From a candidate division WS6 bacterium GW2011_GWF2_39_15 (lineage in GTDB: Bacteria > Patescibacteriota > Dojkabacteria > SC72): a stretch of DNA of 64,000 bases. The DNA lies in contig LBWK01000001.1 of NCBI GenBank assembly GCA_000993565.1, forward strand, positions 300,208 through 364,207. The letters run 5' to 3'. Below, piece after piece: positions 48,753 to 58,280 of the stretch; position 1 is the first letter of the stretch, and every line of letters starts with the position of its first letter. The position numbers and the translations under genes were made by a program. The notes beneath the pieces were generated by a model. It ran no database searches, was not told the DNA's origin, and saw only the letters and a program-made list of their open reading frames with translations.

Positions 48753-49594
48753 TACTTTTTACCTTTAGATATTCTTACTGCGCTCCCTATTTTAGGAAGC
48801 CTTGGGGCTTTAATGACCGTATCAACAACTATATTTGTCTTCTGCATATCATAGATATACAGAATGCTCGACAGCAGACAAAAGACAGCGAGCGCGTAGA
48901 GATTATATCTGTCTATCTTGGTAATTTCACTTGAAAGAAGTGAGAAAAGGATATAGATATTTGCTATGACAAAGTATGCAAAGTGAAGGATAAAGATATT
49001 CTTTTCGTAACTATCTCTATTATTCTTCAATGCTTTTTTAAGAAGATAGTGAAGGACTGAATATATTACAAAGATACCAATAATCCCCAGTCCCTGGTTT
49101 CTAACTTGAACATTTTCTCCGTAAAGACCCGTTGCAAACAGTGAAAGACCCAACATTATACTTCCCGAAATACTTATTACCCCCAGCATCTCCCTCCATC
49201 TCCATTTTTTTACAAATGTAGATAAAGCAAATGTTATAGTTGTGAACGCTACATACATACTAATATACAAAAAACCTCCATCCCAGATTTTCAAAAATTT
49301 CCAGGGAAGAAGACGAAAATAATAGATCCCATCGGAATACTTCTCGTAAGGCACTATTGACCATATCAAGCCTTGAAAATCAGCAGGGTTAGCAAGAATA
49401 TATGACACTCTTCCCCAAATAATAGTTATTATAAAAGCAATAATATATAAATCAAAGATGGAGTTACGGTCTTTCCTTGTCGCATGAGCTTCTGCCCAGA
49501 AAATATATATTCCAAGAACAGCAAGAACTACTAATATAGGGATAAAACCTACTCCAAGAAAAAAATTTTGAACGGATTCTAAAGCTTGGTTCAC
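48752..49594 (-). CDS. lgt: prolipoprotein diacylglyceryl transferase
   Basis: GRVSYIL (cf. GGRIGYV) and KIWDGGFLYISMYVAF (cf. RVWDGGMSFHGG); polytopic. Confidence 0.6.
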   Translation of the reverse strand: MNQALESVQNFFLGVGFIPILVVLAVLGIYIFWAEAHATRKDRNSIFDLYIIAFIITIIWGRVSYILANPADFQGLIWSIVPYEKYSDGIYYFRLLPWKFLKIWDGGFLYISMYVAFTTITFALSTFVKKWRWREMLGVISISGSIMLGLSLFATGLYGENVQVRNQGLGIIGIFVIYSVLHYLLKKALKNNRDSYEKNIFILHFAYFVIANIYILFSLLSSEITKIDRYNLYALAVFCLLSSILYIYDMQKTNIVVDTVIKAPRLPKIGSAVRISKGKK

Positions 49595-50235
49595 TTCTGC
49601 TTTTTATTTTTCTTAGATTTCTTTTTGGACTTTTTCGCTTTACTGTTTACGGGGAGTGGTCTAATTTCAGCTTTCATATTGACTCTAGCCTTGTATTCTT
49701 TCATCTGAGTAAATTTGCGGGATACAAATTCCTTGAAGGTCTCATACCTTACAACTTTCTTAACCTGAGGAATAAAAGCACTGTTTATATCTCCGCAAAA
49801 CGGGCAGTTCTCCCATCTTTTATCTATATTTACACCGCAGTTAGAGCATTTAACTTTGACCTCGGTTTTACAATATGGACAGTATACAAATCCCGGTTGA
49901 AGCATATTTCCGCATTTCATACAATCAGTAAGCTCAGCAGTCTCATACATTAGATATCGTCTTTCAAGATCTGACCAATACTGTTCCTGAAGCGTCATTT
50001 TAGGTCTGAGGATCAAGTATATGAGAAGCCCAGGGATATTAAAGATCAGTACACAAAGAGTTGCGAGAATTCTAAGATAAATCTTATCACTTCGCTCGCC
50101 TGAGTCTATCCAAACCCATGCCACTACGACAATCCAAAAAGCAAGAAAAACAAAAGATGAGTACTTAATGACAACATCGAAGTCCACTTTACTCAAGCCA
50201 TCAATGAAGTCGAGGACGGATTTTTCTAGATTCAT
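49591..50235 (-). CDS. membrane protein with double zinc-ribbon (4x CxxC) and polybasic C-terminal tail
   Basis: CMKCGN...CPYCKT...CSNCGV...CPFCGD; two TM helices; ends KKSKKKSKKNKKQK. Confidence 0.45.
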   Translation of the reverse strand: MNLEKSVLDFIDGLSKVDFDVVIKYSSFVFLAFWIVVVAWVWIDSGERSDKIYLRILATLCVLIFNIPGLLIYLILRPKMTLQEQYWSDLERRYLMYETAELTDCMKCGNMLQPGFVYCPYCKTEVKVKCSNCGVNIDKRWENCPFCGDINSAFIPQVKKVVRYETFKEFVSRKFTQMKEYKARVNMKAEIRPLPVNSKAKKSKKKSKKNKKQK

Positions 50236-50264
50236 AAGGAGTGTAGCTAAAAATAATATACCTA

Positions 50265-50348
50265 TGGTCGAGGAGGGAGTTGAACCCTCACGCTATTGCT
50301 AGCATGGGATTTTGAGTCCCACGTGTCTGCCAGTTCCACCACTCGACC
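50265..50348 (-). tRNA. tRNA-Leu (anticodon CAA), type II with long variable arm; CCA not encoded
   Basis: Reverse complement GGTCGAG-TG-GTGG..CAG.CAC-G-TGGGA-CTCAAAA-TCCCA-TGCTAGCAATAGCGT-GAGGG-TTCAACT-CCCTC-CTCGACC-A folds as a cloverleaf. Confidence 0.75.
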
Positions 50349-50375
50349 ACTATGCGAATTATACTATTTACTCGC

Positions 50376-51710
50376 CTATTTGTCCTTCTTTTCACCCCTA
50401 TCTTTATATAGGTTTTTGAAACTGGCTATATTTTTAACAAATGCCAATTCTACATCACCCGTTGGTCCGTTTCTATGCTTCGCAACTATAACGTCTGCAA
50501 TCCCTTTCTTCTCCGAGTCCGGATTATACGTCTCTTCTCTGTCTATAAAGATGACAAGGTCAGCGTCTTGTTCTATACTTCCGCTTTCACGAAGGTCTGA
50601 TAGCTGCGGCCTTCTTGAGGTACGTGACTCAACTGCACGAGAAAGCTGCGACAAGGCTATAACAGGAACATCCAACTCACGAGCCATATTTTTAAGCCCC
50701 TGTGAAATCTCCCCAACTTCCTGAGTTCTTCCCTCTCTGCTGCTTCCGTGTACTAACTGCAAGTAGTCAACAATGATAATATCTATACCTCTTTCAAGAG
50801 CGACACGTCTTGCCTTCGTTCTTAGCTCATTTATGTGCTGGCCTGGAGTATCATCAATAAGTATCTGGGTTTCAGCAAGTTCACCCATTGCAATTGCTAA
50901 CCTTTCAAACATCTCATCATTTAGCTTCCCTGTTCTGGTATCCCAGAACGATACTTCCGCCTGCATACCCAGTAGCCTATCAAGTATCTGTGTATTGGAC
51001 ATTTCGAGAGAGAATATCAGGACTTTTTTCTTTTGGGTCACCCCTGCGTTCCGAGCCATATCCAAAGCAAAAGCAGTTTTACCTACAGATGGTCTTGCTG
51101 CAAGTATAATCAAATCAGATTTCTGAAATCCTCCTATTACATTATCCATATCACGAAATCCTGAGGAAATTCCAAGATATGTCTCTTCTCGCTCCGCCCT
51201 TTCGGCTCTCTCATAAGCATCTTTAAGAAGATCCTTGATATGAACAAAGTTCGTCTTAACACCTGTTTGAGCAACATCAAACAGAAGTTTCTCTGATTGA
51301 TCAACGACATCCTTCAGAGGCATACTCTCATCAAAACTAAGTTCGGTAATTTCAGAGGCAGAAGATATTAGCCCTCTTCGAACAGCATTTTCTTTGACAA
51401 TTTCTCCATACTCTTCGGCATGCGCGGAGGTTGGAACCAAATTAGCAAGATCTGTAAGGTATGCACGTCCTCCTATCTTAGATAACTGTTTTTTTCCTTT
51501 AAGCTTATTTGAAAGAGTCACAATATCTATTGGTTCCCCCTCTTCAAAAAGCTCTAGGATATTACTATATATAATTGAGTGCCTTTCCTCATAAAAGTGC
51601 TCTGCAAGAAGCCAGCCCGCTACATTTATAACCGCTTCCTTATCAAGAAGCATCGCACCTAAAACCGACTGCTCGGCTTCTGCATTTTGCGGTGGTAGTT
51701 TATATGCCAT
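50376..51710 (-). CDS. dnaB: replicative DNA helicase DnaB
   Basis: Walker A ARPSVGKTAFAL, H2 IIVDYLQL and the N-terminal SVLGAMLLD. Confidence 0.9.
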   Translation of the reverse strand: MAYKLPPQNAEAEQSVLGAMLLDKEAVINVAGWLLAEHFYEERHSIIYSNILELFEEGEPIDIVTLSNKLKGKKQLSKIGGRAYLTDLANLVPTSAHAEEYGEIVKENAVRRGLISSASEITELSFDESMPLKDVVDQSEKLLFDVAQTGVKTNFVHIKDLLKDAYERAERAEREETYLGISSGFRDMDNVIGGFQKSDLIILAARPSVGKTAFALDMARNAGVTQKKKVLIFSLEMSNTQILDRLLGMQAEVSFWDTRTGKLNDEMFERLAIAMGELAETQILIDDTPGQHINELRTKARRVALERGIDIIIVDYLQLVHGSSREGRTQEVGEISQGLKNMARELDVPVIALSQLSRAVESRTSRRPQLSDLRESGSIEQDADLVIFIDREETYNPDSEKKGIADVIVAKHRNGPTGDVELAFVKNIASFKNLYKDRGEKKDK

Positions 51711-51719
51711 ATTAATCGA

Positions 51720-52313
51720 TTAGCTTAAAAATACGATCTGCATAGTTCTTTCCTCTGACTCCGGCCTGCTCTCTACTTTAAGAGTCTTCTCTTCCGTGAA
51801 AGTTGAAAATCCGAAGTACTTCAAAAAGTCTTCTTTGGTTTTTCCACCCTCTTCTTTAGTCCCATACGGAACTAGTATCGCAGGTTCAACATTGGAAATT
51901 ATATCCTGAAGGGCTTCATATGCGGGAAAATCCTCTCCATCAGTATATGGGAGAAGAAGCACATCTACATCTCCTAAATCTTTAAGCAGTTTCATATCAA
52001 TATCTTTACTATCTGTTCCGATAAGTACAACCCTGATAAGTTCGTAATCAAGAATGTAGTGATGGGTTCCAAGAGGTCTTTGAATCATGAGACCTGAGAT
52101 CTCATACTCACCTGCACTATTTATCTCGAAAACATCTTTTCTGCTCACCGGTTTAACATCAGAGGCTTTACTACCGGCAGTATTAATTATGACATCTGCT
52201 TCCGAAGGAATCCCCTTTATCCCCTTCTCTTTAGCGAGAACCGGATCGGTAAGGACGGTGAGGTTATCTACTGAGATTGTAAATGATGTATAACCGTTGT
52301 ACTTAATCTTCAT
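51720..52313 (-). CDS. MBL-fold metal-dependent hydrolase-like (UPF0173-like)
   Basis: Size and MKIKYNGYTSFTI...VLTDP resemble Lactamase_B_3 family members; weak. Confidence 0.4.
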   Translation of the reverse strand: MKIKYNGYTSFTISVDNLTVLTDPVLAKEKGIKGIPSEADVIINTAGSKASDVKPVSRKDVFEINSAGEYEISGLMIQRPLGTHHYILDYELIRVVLIGTDSKDIDMKLLKDLGDVDVLLLPYTDGEDFPAYEALQDIISNVEPAILVPYGTKEEGGKTKEDFLKYFGFSTFTEEKTLKVESRPESEERTMQIVFLS

Positions 52314-52364
52314 AGTGTTCCGACATAATTAAAATAGCTGTGTCAGACTAAGTATACCAGAGAG

Positions 52365-52754
52365 TTACTCAATTCTCACTAGGTTTGCAATAATTATTAA
52401 TCTATTCCGAAGTGTTAAGAGTGGCGTACATGTGTAAAGCGTCAGGGTTTCGTTACCCTCCAATCTTTTTTCATATTTGATCTCTTTCTTCTCTACAATC
52501 TCTTTACTATTTACCGTATAAATATACCGATTTCTCCTATACTCCAGATACACAATATCTCCCTTTTCAACCCTATTTAAATAGAAAAAGGGAGGGGGCA
52601 ATATGCTTGCGTATGATATTCTGTGCCCTGCAATAACGACGTTTCCACCGTCACCGGGGAATGGAGTATAAGGAAGGTGCCAGAGATCTAGAGAAAGCTC
52701 CTTTCCGGTATCGACATACTCATTTACCCCTATTACAGGAATGATCAATTTCAA
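52365..52754 (-). CDS. sortase family transpeptidase (catalytic domain; the N-terminal TM helix lies upstream in-frame without a canonical start)
   Basis: GNVVIAGHR (His) and LTLYTCTP (Cys, TLxTC). The ORF as called starts at TTG. In-frame upstream to the stop at 52890-52892 the sequence encodes YFCLVFFLFLVIFLCV (a TM helix) with no ATG/GTG/TTG before it. Confidence 0.6.
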   Translation of the reverse strand: MKLIIPVIGVNEYVDTGKELSLDLWHLPYTPFPGDGGNVVIAGHRISYASILPPPFFYLNRVEKGDIVYLEYRRNRYIYTVNSKEIVEKKEIKYEKRLEGNETLTLYTCTPLLTLRNRLIIIANLVRIE

Positions 52755-52894
52755 GTCATATGAAAACGTATGAACCCTTGGTAACTCAGGATGAGAGTCG
52801 ACCTCTTTACGAATTGGGGTAACACAAAGGAATATAACGAGAAAGAGAAAAAATACTAAGCAAAAATATCTTACTATTTTACCGGAAGATTAAA

Positions 52895-53137
52895 CTATTT
52901 TAGCATTGCCACAACTCCATCGAGTTGTGCGAGAAGAGATTTCTTCATCTCTCCTTTTACTAATTCAAGTTTAGCACTTTGAAGTGAACTAATTATTGCC
53001 TCCATCTGACCAAGTATTTTTTGAGTATCTTCTTTCATTAATATCAATTTTTCGACTCCCCTTAGTTGACCCTCTATCCTATGTAGCCTATCTTGAATGG
53101 TCGACGGACCTTTTTTCGCCATAATTAACCTTTTCAT
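52895..53137 (-). CDS. CsoR/RcnR/FrmR-family (DUF156) protein lacking the canonical Cys/His metal ligands
   Basis: LHRIEGQLRGVEKL matches the family LKRIEGQVRGV helix; no Cys and no His elsewhere. Confidence 0.5.
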   Translation of the reverse strand: MKRLIMAKKGPSTIQDRLHRIEGQLRGVEKLILMKEDTQKILGQMEAIISSLQSAKLELVKGEMKKSLLAQLDGVVAMLK

Positions 53138-53495
53138 AAATTAGCTGTGATAATATTACATACCCGAGTGGGTATATGTCAACAGAGAATTGCCTCTCGA
53201 AATTATAGGCCCGAAATGAAATATTTCATTTCGGATTTAACCTTTTAAGAATATGTATTTAAGTTTAGACTATATTCCGGCTCTACCGCTCCTACCCTAT
53301 TCTCTATCTTATATAGCCAAGCCTTTGATCCACATATTTCAGGATTAATTTGCTGCTAATTTAGACCGGATCGTATTATACAGCCGATAGTTATACCCCA
53401 TGTCGGTATATTCAGATGACCGCGAAAATAACTATATTGATTAAGTTGAAATTTAAAATTATATTGCATAGGTAAATTTAACAATTAAATAAACT

Positions 53496-53903
53496 ATGCC
53501 ACCAAGAGATTCAGTATTTTCTGAGGTTATGGGAATCTGCAGAGGCTCTGTTCAGGATTTTGTACTAACACCTGATAGTCCAGCAGAGTTTGCTCAAAAA
53601 GCAACTGATATACTCTCGCGCCCTGGAGTGCTCCCGCTCCTACCCGAAGTATGCGTAATTGATTGTAAGTTTACACTAGACCCTTTTCGGGAAGGTAATC
53701 CAAACAAGATAGCAGTACGATACACCCTTAATACTGGAGATCCTGATGCAGAGAGAGCTATTGGATCAATAGTAGTAGGTATTGCCTCCAAACAGGGAGC
53801 ACAAATATTAAACCACGGGAGAATAATCAGAAACCCAGAGGGGTCAAGGATAGGGAGAGAAGACCTAATTGTACAGGTAACATCAAATGAGCATCTTTTT
53901 TAA
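53496..53903 (+). CDS. hypothetical protein
   Basis: ORF only. Confidence 0.3.
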   Translation: MPPRDSVFSEVMGICRGSVQDFVLTPDSPAEFAQKATDILSRPGVLPLLPEVCVIDCKFTLDPFREGNPNKIAVRYTLNTGDPDAERAIGSIVVGIASKQGAQILNHGRIIRNPEGSRIGREDLIVQVTSNEHLF

Positions 53904-53973
53904 CAGAGCATCTATTCACATTAGATATACGCTTCTGTATAATGGATTAGTAATTTAAGCTTATCCTCTAAAT

Positions 53974-54459
53974 ATGCCGAGTAATCAACAGGATTTCGGT
54001 AATTCTTCCACTCCGCGAGAGTCCTTAGAACATAAGGCTATCTCCCCAGAAGATGAACCCCACATAACGAGAACAACCGTTCCCTTTGATGGAACCATTC
54101 ACAATCTTGGAGATAATATCGTAGAGCCAGACGAATTTCATTTCGAGAAACTTCTCACATCACAACAATTAGCAGAGTGTATAGCCAGAAGGGTAAAGAC
54201 CGAATCGATTCATCTTGGTGCTGCGGCAGTATTTGCGAGTCTTGGTGGAGTAGCCTTTGGCAAAATCGTTGATAAAATTTTCGAGACTTATATGCAAACC
54301 TCTCATCTGACCTTTAGTTCAATTTTGACTCCTGAAAATGCCGTTGCAGGTGTTCTTGCTTTAAGTGCAATAGCCCTTTCATCTGTTGCCGTAAGAGAAT
54401 ATGGCAGTGAATTCAGGGATAGTGTGTTGGAGCAGGAAGAAATAAAGGGAGAAGCTTAA
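53974..54459 (+). CDS. hypothetical protein with C-terminal hydrophobic segment
   Basis: ORF only. Confidence 0.3.
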   Translation: MPSNQQDFGNSSTPRESLEHKAISPEDEPHITRTTVPFDGTIHNLGDNIVEPDEFHFEKLLTSQQLAECIARRVKTESIHLGAAAVFASLGGVAFGKIVDKIFETYMQTSHLTFSSILTPENAVAGVLALSAIALSSVAVREYGSEFRDSVLEQEEIKGEA

Positions 54460-54476
54460 ATTAATGATAAAGAAAC

Positions 54477-54788
54477 ATGCCTAACTATTTTGATACTCAA
54501 ACAGGACTAATAATTCACCCAAAAGTACTAGAGTTTTTGAACAAAGTTAAAGTTGAGACCACACAGCAGAAAAAAGAGTCCCATACCATGATAACAGCCT
54601 ACATAATAAGTAAGCTGGGAGAGGAGCTTAAAAAGACATCCCTATTCACAAACTTTGATACAAATAACCCTGATAATACCAAACACTTAATAGCTTCCAT
54701 AAAAGGGAATGCAGAAGTCGAGCAGATTATTACAAACTTCTTTGAAACCAAGCTTGATACAGTCCTTAATGAACTTTTAGAGGGATAG
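54477..54788 (+). CDS. hypothetical protein
   Basis: ORF only. Confidence 0.3.
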   Translation: MPNYFDTQTGLIIHPKVLEFLNKVKVETTQQKKESHTMITAYIISKLGEELKKTSLFTNFDTNNPDNTKHLIASIKGNAEVEQIITNFFETKLDTVLNELLEG

Positions 54789-54854
54789 CTTGAAGCCAAT
54801 AGCTACCAAATAATATTGGACACATTTTAACTCTTTTGTTATAATCCCCTTGCA

Positions 54855-55178
54855 ATGAAAAAGAATATACATCCAAAATATAATCACAATGTCAAAGTTA
54901 CCTGCTCATGCGGTAATCAATTTATCACAGGATCCATCCTTGACGAGATAACAACAGAGCTTTGTTCGAATTGTCACCCATTCTATACAGGAGAGCAAAA
55001 GATTGTAGACACTGCAAACTTAGTATCTAAGTATGAGGAAAGACAGAAGAAATCTCAGGCCATGTCTTTTAAGAGCAAGAAGGAGAAGATGGAAGCAAGA
55101 AAAATGAAGGCTAAAAAGGATGAGTCTAAAACAGGCACCCTCACACTTAAAGATATGCTTGCAAGTATATCTAAGTAG
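54855..55178 (+). CDS. rpmE: 50S ribosomal protein L31 (with Lys-rich C-terminal extension)
   Basis: MKKNIHPKY...CSCGNQF...CSNCHPFYTG. Confidence 0.8.
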   Translation: MKKNIHPKYNHNVKVTCSCGNQFITGSILDEITTELCSNCHPFYTGEQKIVDTANLVSKYEERQKKSQAMSFKSKKEKMEARKMKAKKDESKTGTLTLKDMLASISK

Positions 55179-55205
55179 CTAATTCCCAACCAATTCATAG
55201 CTAAT

Positions 55206-56315
55206 ATGGATATAACAACGATAGAGAAAGAGCTGGATTTAAATGGTATTAGAAATAGAAAGGAAGAGCTTGAAAAGTCTATGTCTAATCTCACCTCTCT
55301 TCCAAATGGAACTATTTCACAGATAGCCGCAGAGCTCACCTACTACTCTCAACTCTATACCCAAACCCTTTCACTTTCAAAAAAGATTGAATCGTATAAA
55401 GAGGCCGTGGAGATTATTAAACAGGGAGAGAGCAACGAGCTCTATGAACTTGCCTTAAATGACAAAAGTACCTTAGAACCTCAGATTGAGGAGGAATATA
55501 ACAATAGACTGGCTTTGGAGATTGAACACGAATTAGGAGATCCCGACGATAATAGATCCGTTCTTCTTGAAATACGTGCGGGAGCCGGAGGGGAAGAGGC
55601 TGCTCTTTTTGCGGGAGATCTTTTTAAGATGTACTCTCAATATGGAAAAAATAAAGGCTGGGCTATAGAAATTGTTGATAGCAGTATCAGTGAAAACGGG
55701 GGCTTCAAGGAGGTTATAGCACACATCAAGGGATCGAATGCGTATAAAGCCCTTAAGTATGAGAGCGGGGTACACAGAGTGCAGAGAGTTCCTATCACTG
55801 AAGCCTCAGGCCGTATTCATACATCTACAGCCTCAGTTGCAATAATGCCCGAAGCAAAAGAAATTGATATACAGATCGACCCACAGGATCTTAGAATTGA
55901 TGTAATGCGGGCAACAGGAGCAGGCGGACAAAATGTAAATAGAACTGACTCTGCTGTCCGTATAACTCACATACCTTCAGGTATAGTCGTAAGCTGCCAG
56001 GAGACTAAACATCAGGATCAGAATAAAGAGAAAGCAATGGCTCTGTTACGATCCCGCTTGTATGACAAAAAGAAGCAAGAAGAAGATGAGAAGCGCTCTC
56101 AATTAAGATCTTCTCAGATCGGCAGCTCAATGAGAGCAGAGAAGATAAGAACATACAATTTTCCGCAGACTAGAATTACCGACCATAGGATCAAGAAATC
56201 ATGGTTTAATGTTGATGCCGTTTTAGCTGGTGACATTGACGAAATGTTATCTGATATTACCAAAGAGCTTCAAAAGTTGGAGCTGGAAAAGAGACTCGAA
56301 GAGAAAAATGTTTAA
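55206..56315 (+). CDS. prfA: peptide chain release factor 1
   Basis: GGQ motif ([27 protein letters not shown]) and the RF1-type [13 protein letters not shown] (PxT) motif. Confidence 0.9.
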   Translation: MDITTIEKELDLNGIRNRKEELEKSMSNLTSLPNGTISQIAAELTYYSQLYTQTLSLSKKIESYKEAVEIIKQGESNELYELALNDKSTLEPQIEEEYNNRLALEIEHELGDPDDNRSVLLEIRAGAGGEEAALFAGDLFKMYSQYGKNKGWAIEIVDSSISENGGFKEVIAHIKGSNAYKALKYESGVHRVQRVPITEASGRIHTSTASVAIMPEAKEIDIQIDPQDLRIDVMRATGAGGQNVNRTDSAVRITHIPSGIVVSCQETKHQDQNKEKAMALLRSRLYDKKKQEEDEKRSQLRSSQIGSSMRAEKIRTYNFPQTRITDHRIKKSWFNVDAVLAGDIDEMLSDITKELQKLELEKRLEEKNV

Positions 56316-57120
56316 TACGCAGCTCCAAATACTAAAAACCCTCCAGAATGATCTCGAAAATATTGGATATCCGGACTCATACCGTATTGCAAGGGAGATT
56401 TATCAATATTCGGAAGGTGATCCTCAAGTAATTGTTGAGACTATAGCAAGGCTTAGACAAAATACTCCTTGGGAGTATGTGAAAGAATCGAGTGAGTTCA
56501 AAGGCTACGATTTCATAGTAAACCCAAGCGTTTTGATTCCGCGGATCGAAACAGAACAGCTAGTAGATATTGCAGCAAAAATACTTAGAGAAGACACGAA
56601 AATTAACCATATTGTGGATGTGGGGACCGGAAGTGGAGCAATCATATGCAGCTTATTTAAAGAACTTAACAATAAGGCTCTTAAATATACTGCATCAGAT
56701 ATAAGTACAGACGCTTTGAAAACAGCAAAGAAAAATGCCGCCAAACTAGATATAAAGGAGATTAATTTTATAGAAACAAACTTAGCCAAAGATATTAATA
56801 TTGATCAGCATACCTTGGTCATAGCAAACCTACCTTATATACCTACCGATACTTACATGAAGCTAGATCCATCTGTAAAGGATTTTGAGCCTAGAATTGC
56901 ACTGGATGGAGGGAGAAAGGGAGTAGACCAGATTCAAGAACTCTTCAAACAGTTACTGCTATCCCCTGCCCTACCTAAATATATCCTTCTGGAAATAGAC
57001 GCGGAAATTCTTCCTGATGTTAAATTGACAATTAAAAGCAAAACAACCAAGTACAGTATGGAAACTGTAGAAGATTATCGAAAGCAGATCAGGTTTGTTA
57101 TTTGTTCCCTCACTGCCTAA
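56308..57120 (+). CDS. prmC: release factor glutamine N5-methyltransferase PrmC/HemK
   Basis: ATG overlaps the prfA stop (ATGTTTAA). Contains [10 protein letters not shown] (SAM motif I) and IANLPYIP (an NPPY-like motif). Confidence 0.7.
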   Translation: MFNTQLQILKTLQNDLENIGYPDSYRIAREIYQYSEGDPQVIVETIARLRQNTPWEYVKESSEFKGYDFIVNPSVLIPRIETEQLVDIAAKILREDTKINHIVDVGTGSGAIICSLFKELNNKALKYTASDISTDALKTAKKNAAKLDIKEINFIETNLAKDINIDQHTLVIANLPYIPTDTYMKLDPSVKDFEPRIALDGGRKGVDQIQELFKQLLLSPALPKYILLEIDAEILPDVKLTIKSKTTKYSMETVEDYRKQIRFVICSLTA

Positions 57121-58280
57121 CTCGCCTCTTCAAGCTTCAGCTTTACTTCAACTGTTTTCCCGTCTCTCCAAAGCTTTAAAGTGAGCTCCTCGCCCACCTT
57201 ATAACCTTGAACAACCGTGGCGAGTGATTTACTCATCTTCTCACCATTAATTTCAGTAATAATATCACCCTTCTTTAAACCTGCTTTTGACGCTGGGCTA
57301 TCAGATACCACTCTGACAACCAAAGCACCTGCCACAACATTTCGATAGTACAAAGCAGCCTCTTCTGAGATCATCTGATATTCAACTCCAATATACGGCC
57401 TTATGAATTTACCATACTTCCTGTATTCTTCCAGCCTTGATTTGACTACATTAATCGGCAGTGCAAATGATATGTTATCTGCCCCCGCAGTTGTTGCAAA
57501 GTTAACACCTATAACCTCACCTGAACTATTAATCAAAGGCCCTCCTGAGTTTCCAGGATTAATGGCGGCATCAGTTTGAATAACGTCATAGTATTCCTTC
57601 GTGGTCGTACCAAAGAAATCAGCTTTAGTACTGACAGATCTGTTAAGTCCACTGATTACACCCGTTGTTACGCTACCGGCATAGTCACCAAGTGGAGTAC
57701 CAATTGCAATTACCAGCTGCCCTACCTGAAGATTATCCGAGTTCCCTAATTTGATAGCCGACAGCTTATTTCCTTTGATCTTTAGAATTGCGATATCATT
57801 AACATTATCAACAAGTATCTCATCGACTTTGAATTCTTTTCCCTCCGAAGTAATGACCTTATACTCTTCTGTAGAATCTGAGACTACATGCTGATTAGTG
57901 ACAATAATACCGCTGTTATCTACGATAAAGCCTGTCCCAATGTTGCTGCTTGTATCAACAATCCCCTGCCCCGGCTGAAAATCCATCTGACTAACAGCAA
58001 TACTAACAACAGATGGCTGAGTCTTCTTAACTACATCTATAACCACATTCTCCTCGCTTGTAACAACCGTTTTCAAATTCTCCGTCACCTTTCCTTCTTT
58101 CAAGCCCTCTATCCAATCTGAAACCTTAGGCCTGAGAAGATAGAACGCAATCAGGCACAGGGAAAACACTGTAATAACTAGAACAAATGTAATCAACCCT
58201 TTTACAAATGAAAACCTCTTTTTATTCTTAACTTCTATTTCAGCCATAGTTAGATCTAATAATAATTTATCTAATCTCAT
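57117..58280 (-). CDS. htrA: HtrA/DegP-family serine protease with PDZ domain
   Basis: GNSGGPLINSSGEVIGV (catalytic Ser), TNQHVV (His), a C-terminal PDZ and an N-terminal TM helix. Confidence 0.85.
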   Translation of the reverse strand: MRLDKLLLDLTMAEIEVKNKKRFSFVKGLITFVLVITVFSLCLIAFYLLRPKVSDWIEGLKEGKVTENLKTVVTSEENVVIDVVKKTQPSVVSIAVSQMDFQPGQGIVDTSSNIGTGFIVDNSGIIVTNQHVVSDSTEEYKVITSEGKEFKVDEILVDNVNDIAILKIKGNKLSAIKLGNSDNLQVGQLVIAIGTPLGDYAGSVTTGVISGLNRSVSTKADFFGTTTKEYYDVIQTDAAINPGNSGGPLINSSGEVIGVNFATTAGADNISFALPINVVKSRLEEYRKYGKFIRPYIGVEYQMISEEAALYYRNVVAGALVVRVVSDSPASKAGLKKGDIITEINGEKMSKSLATVVQGYKVGEELTLKLWRDGKTVEVKLKLEEAS

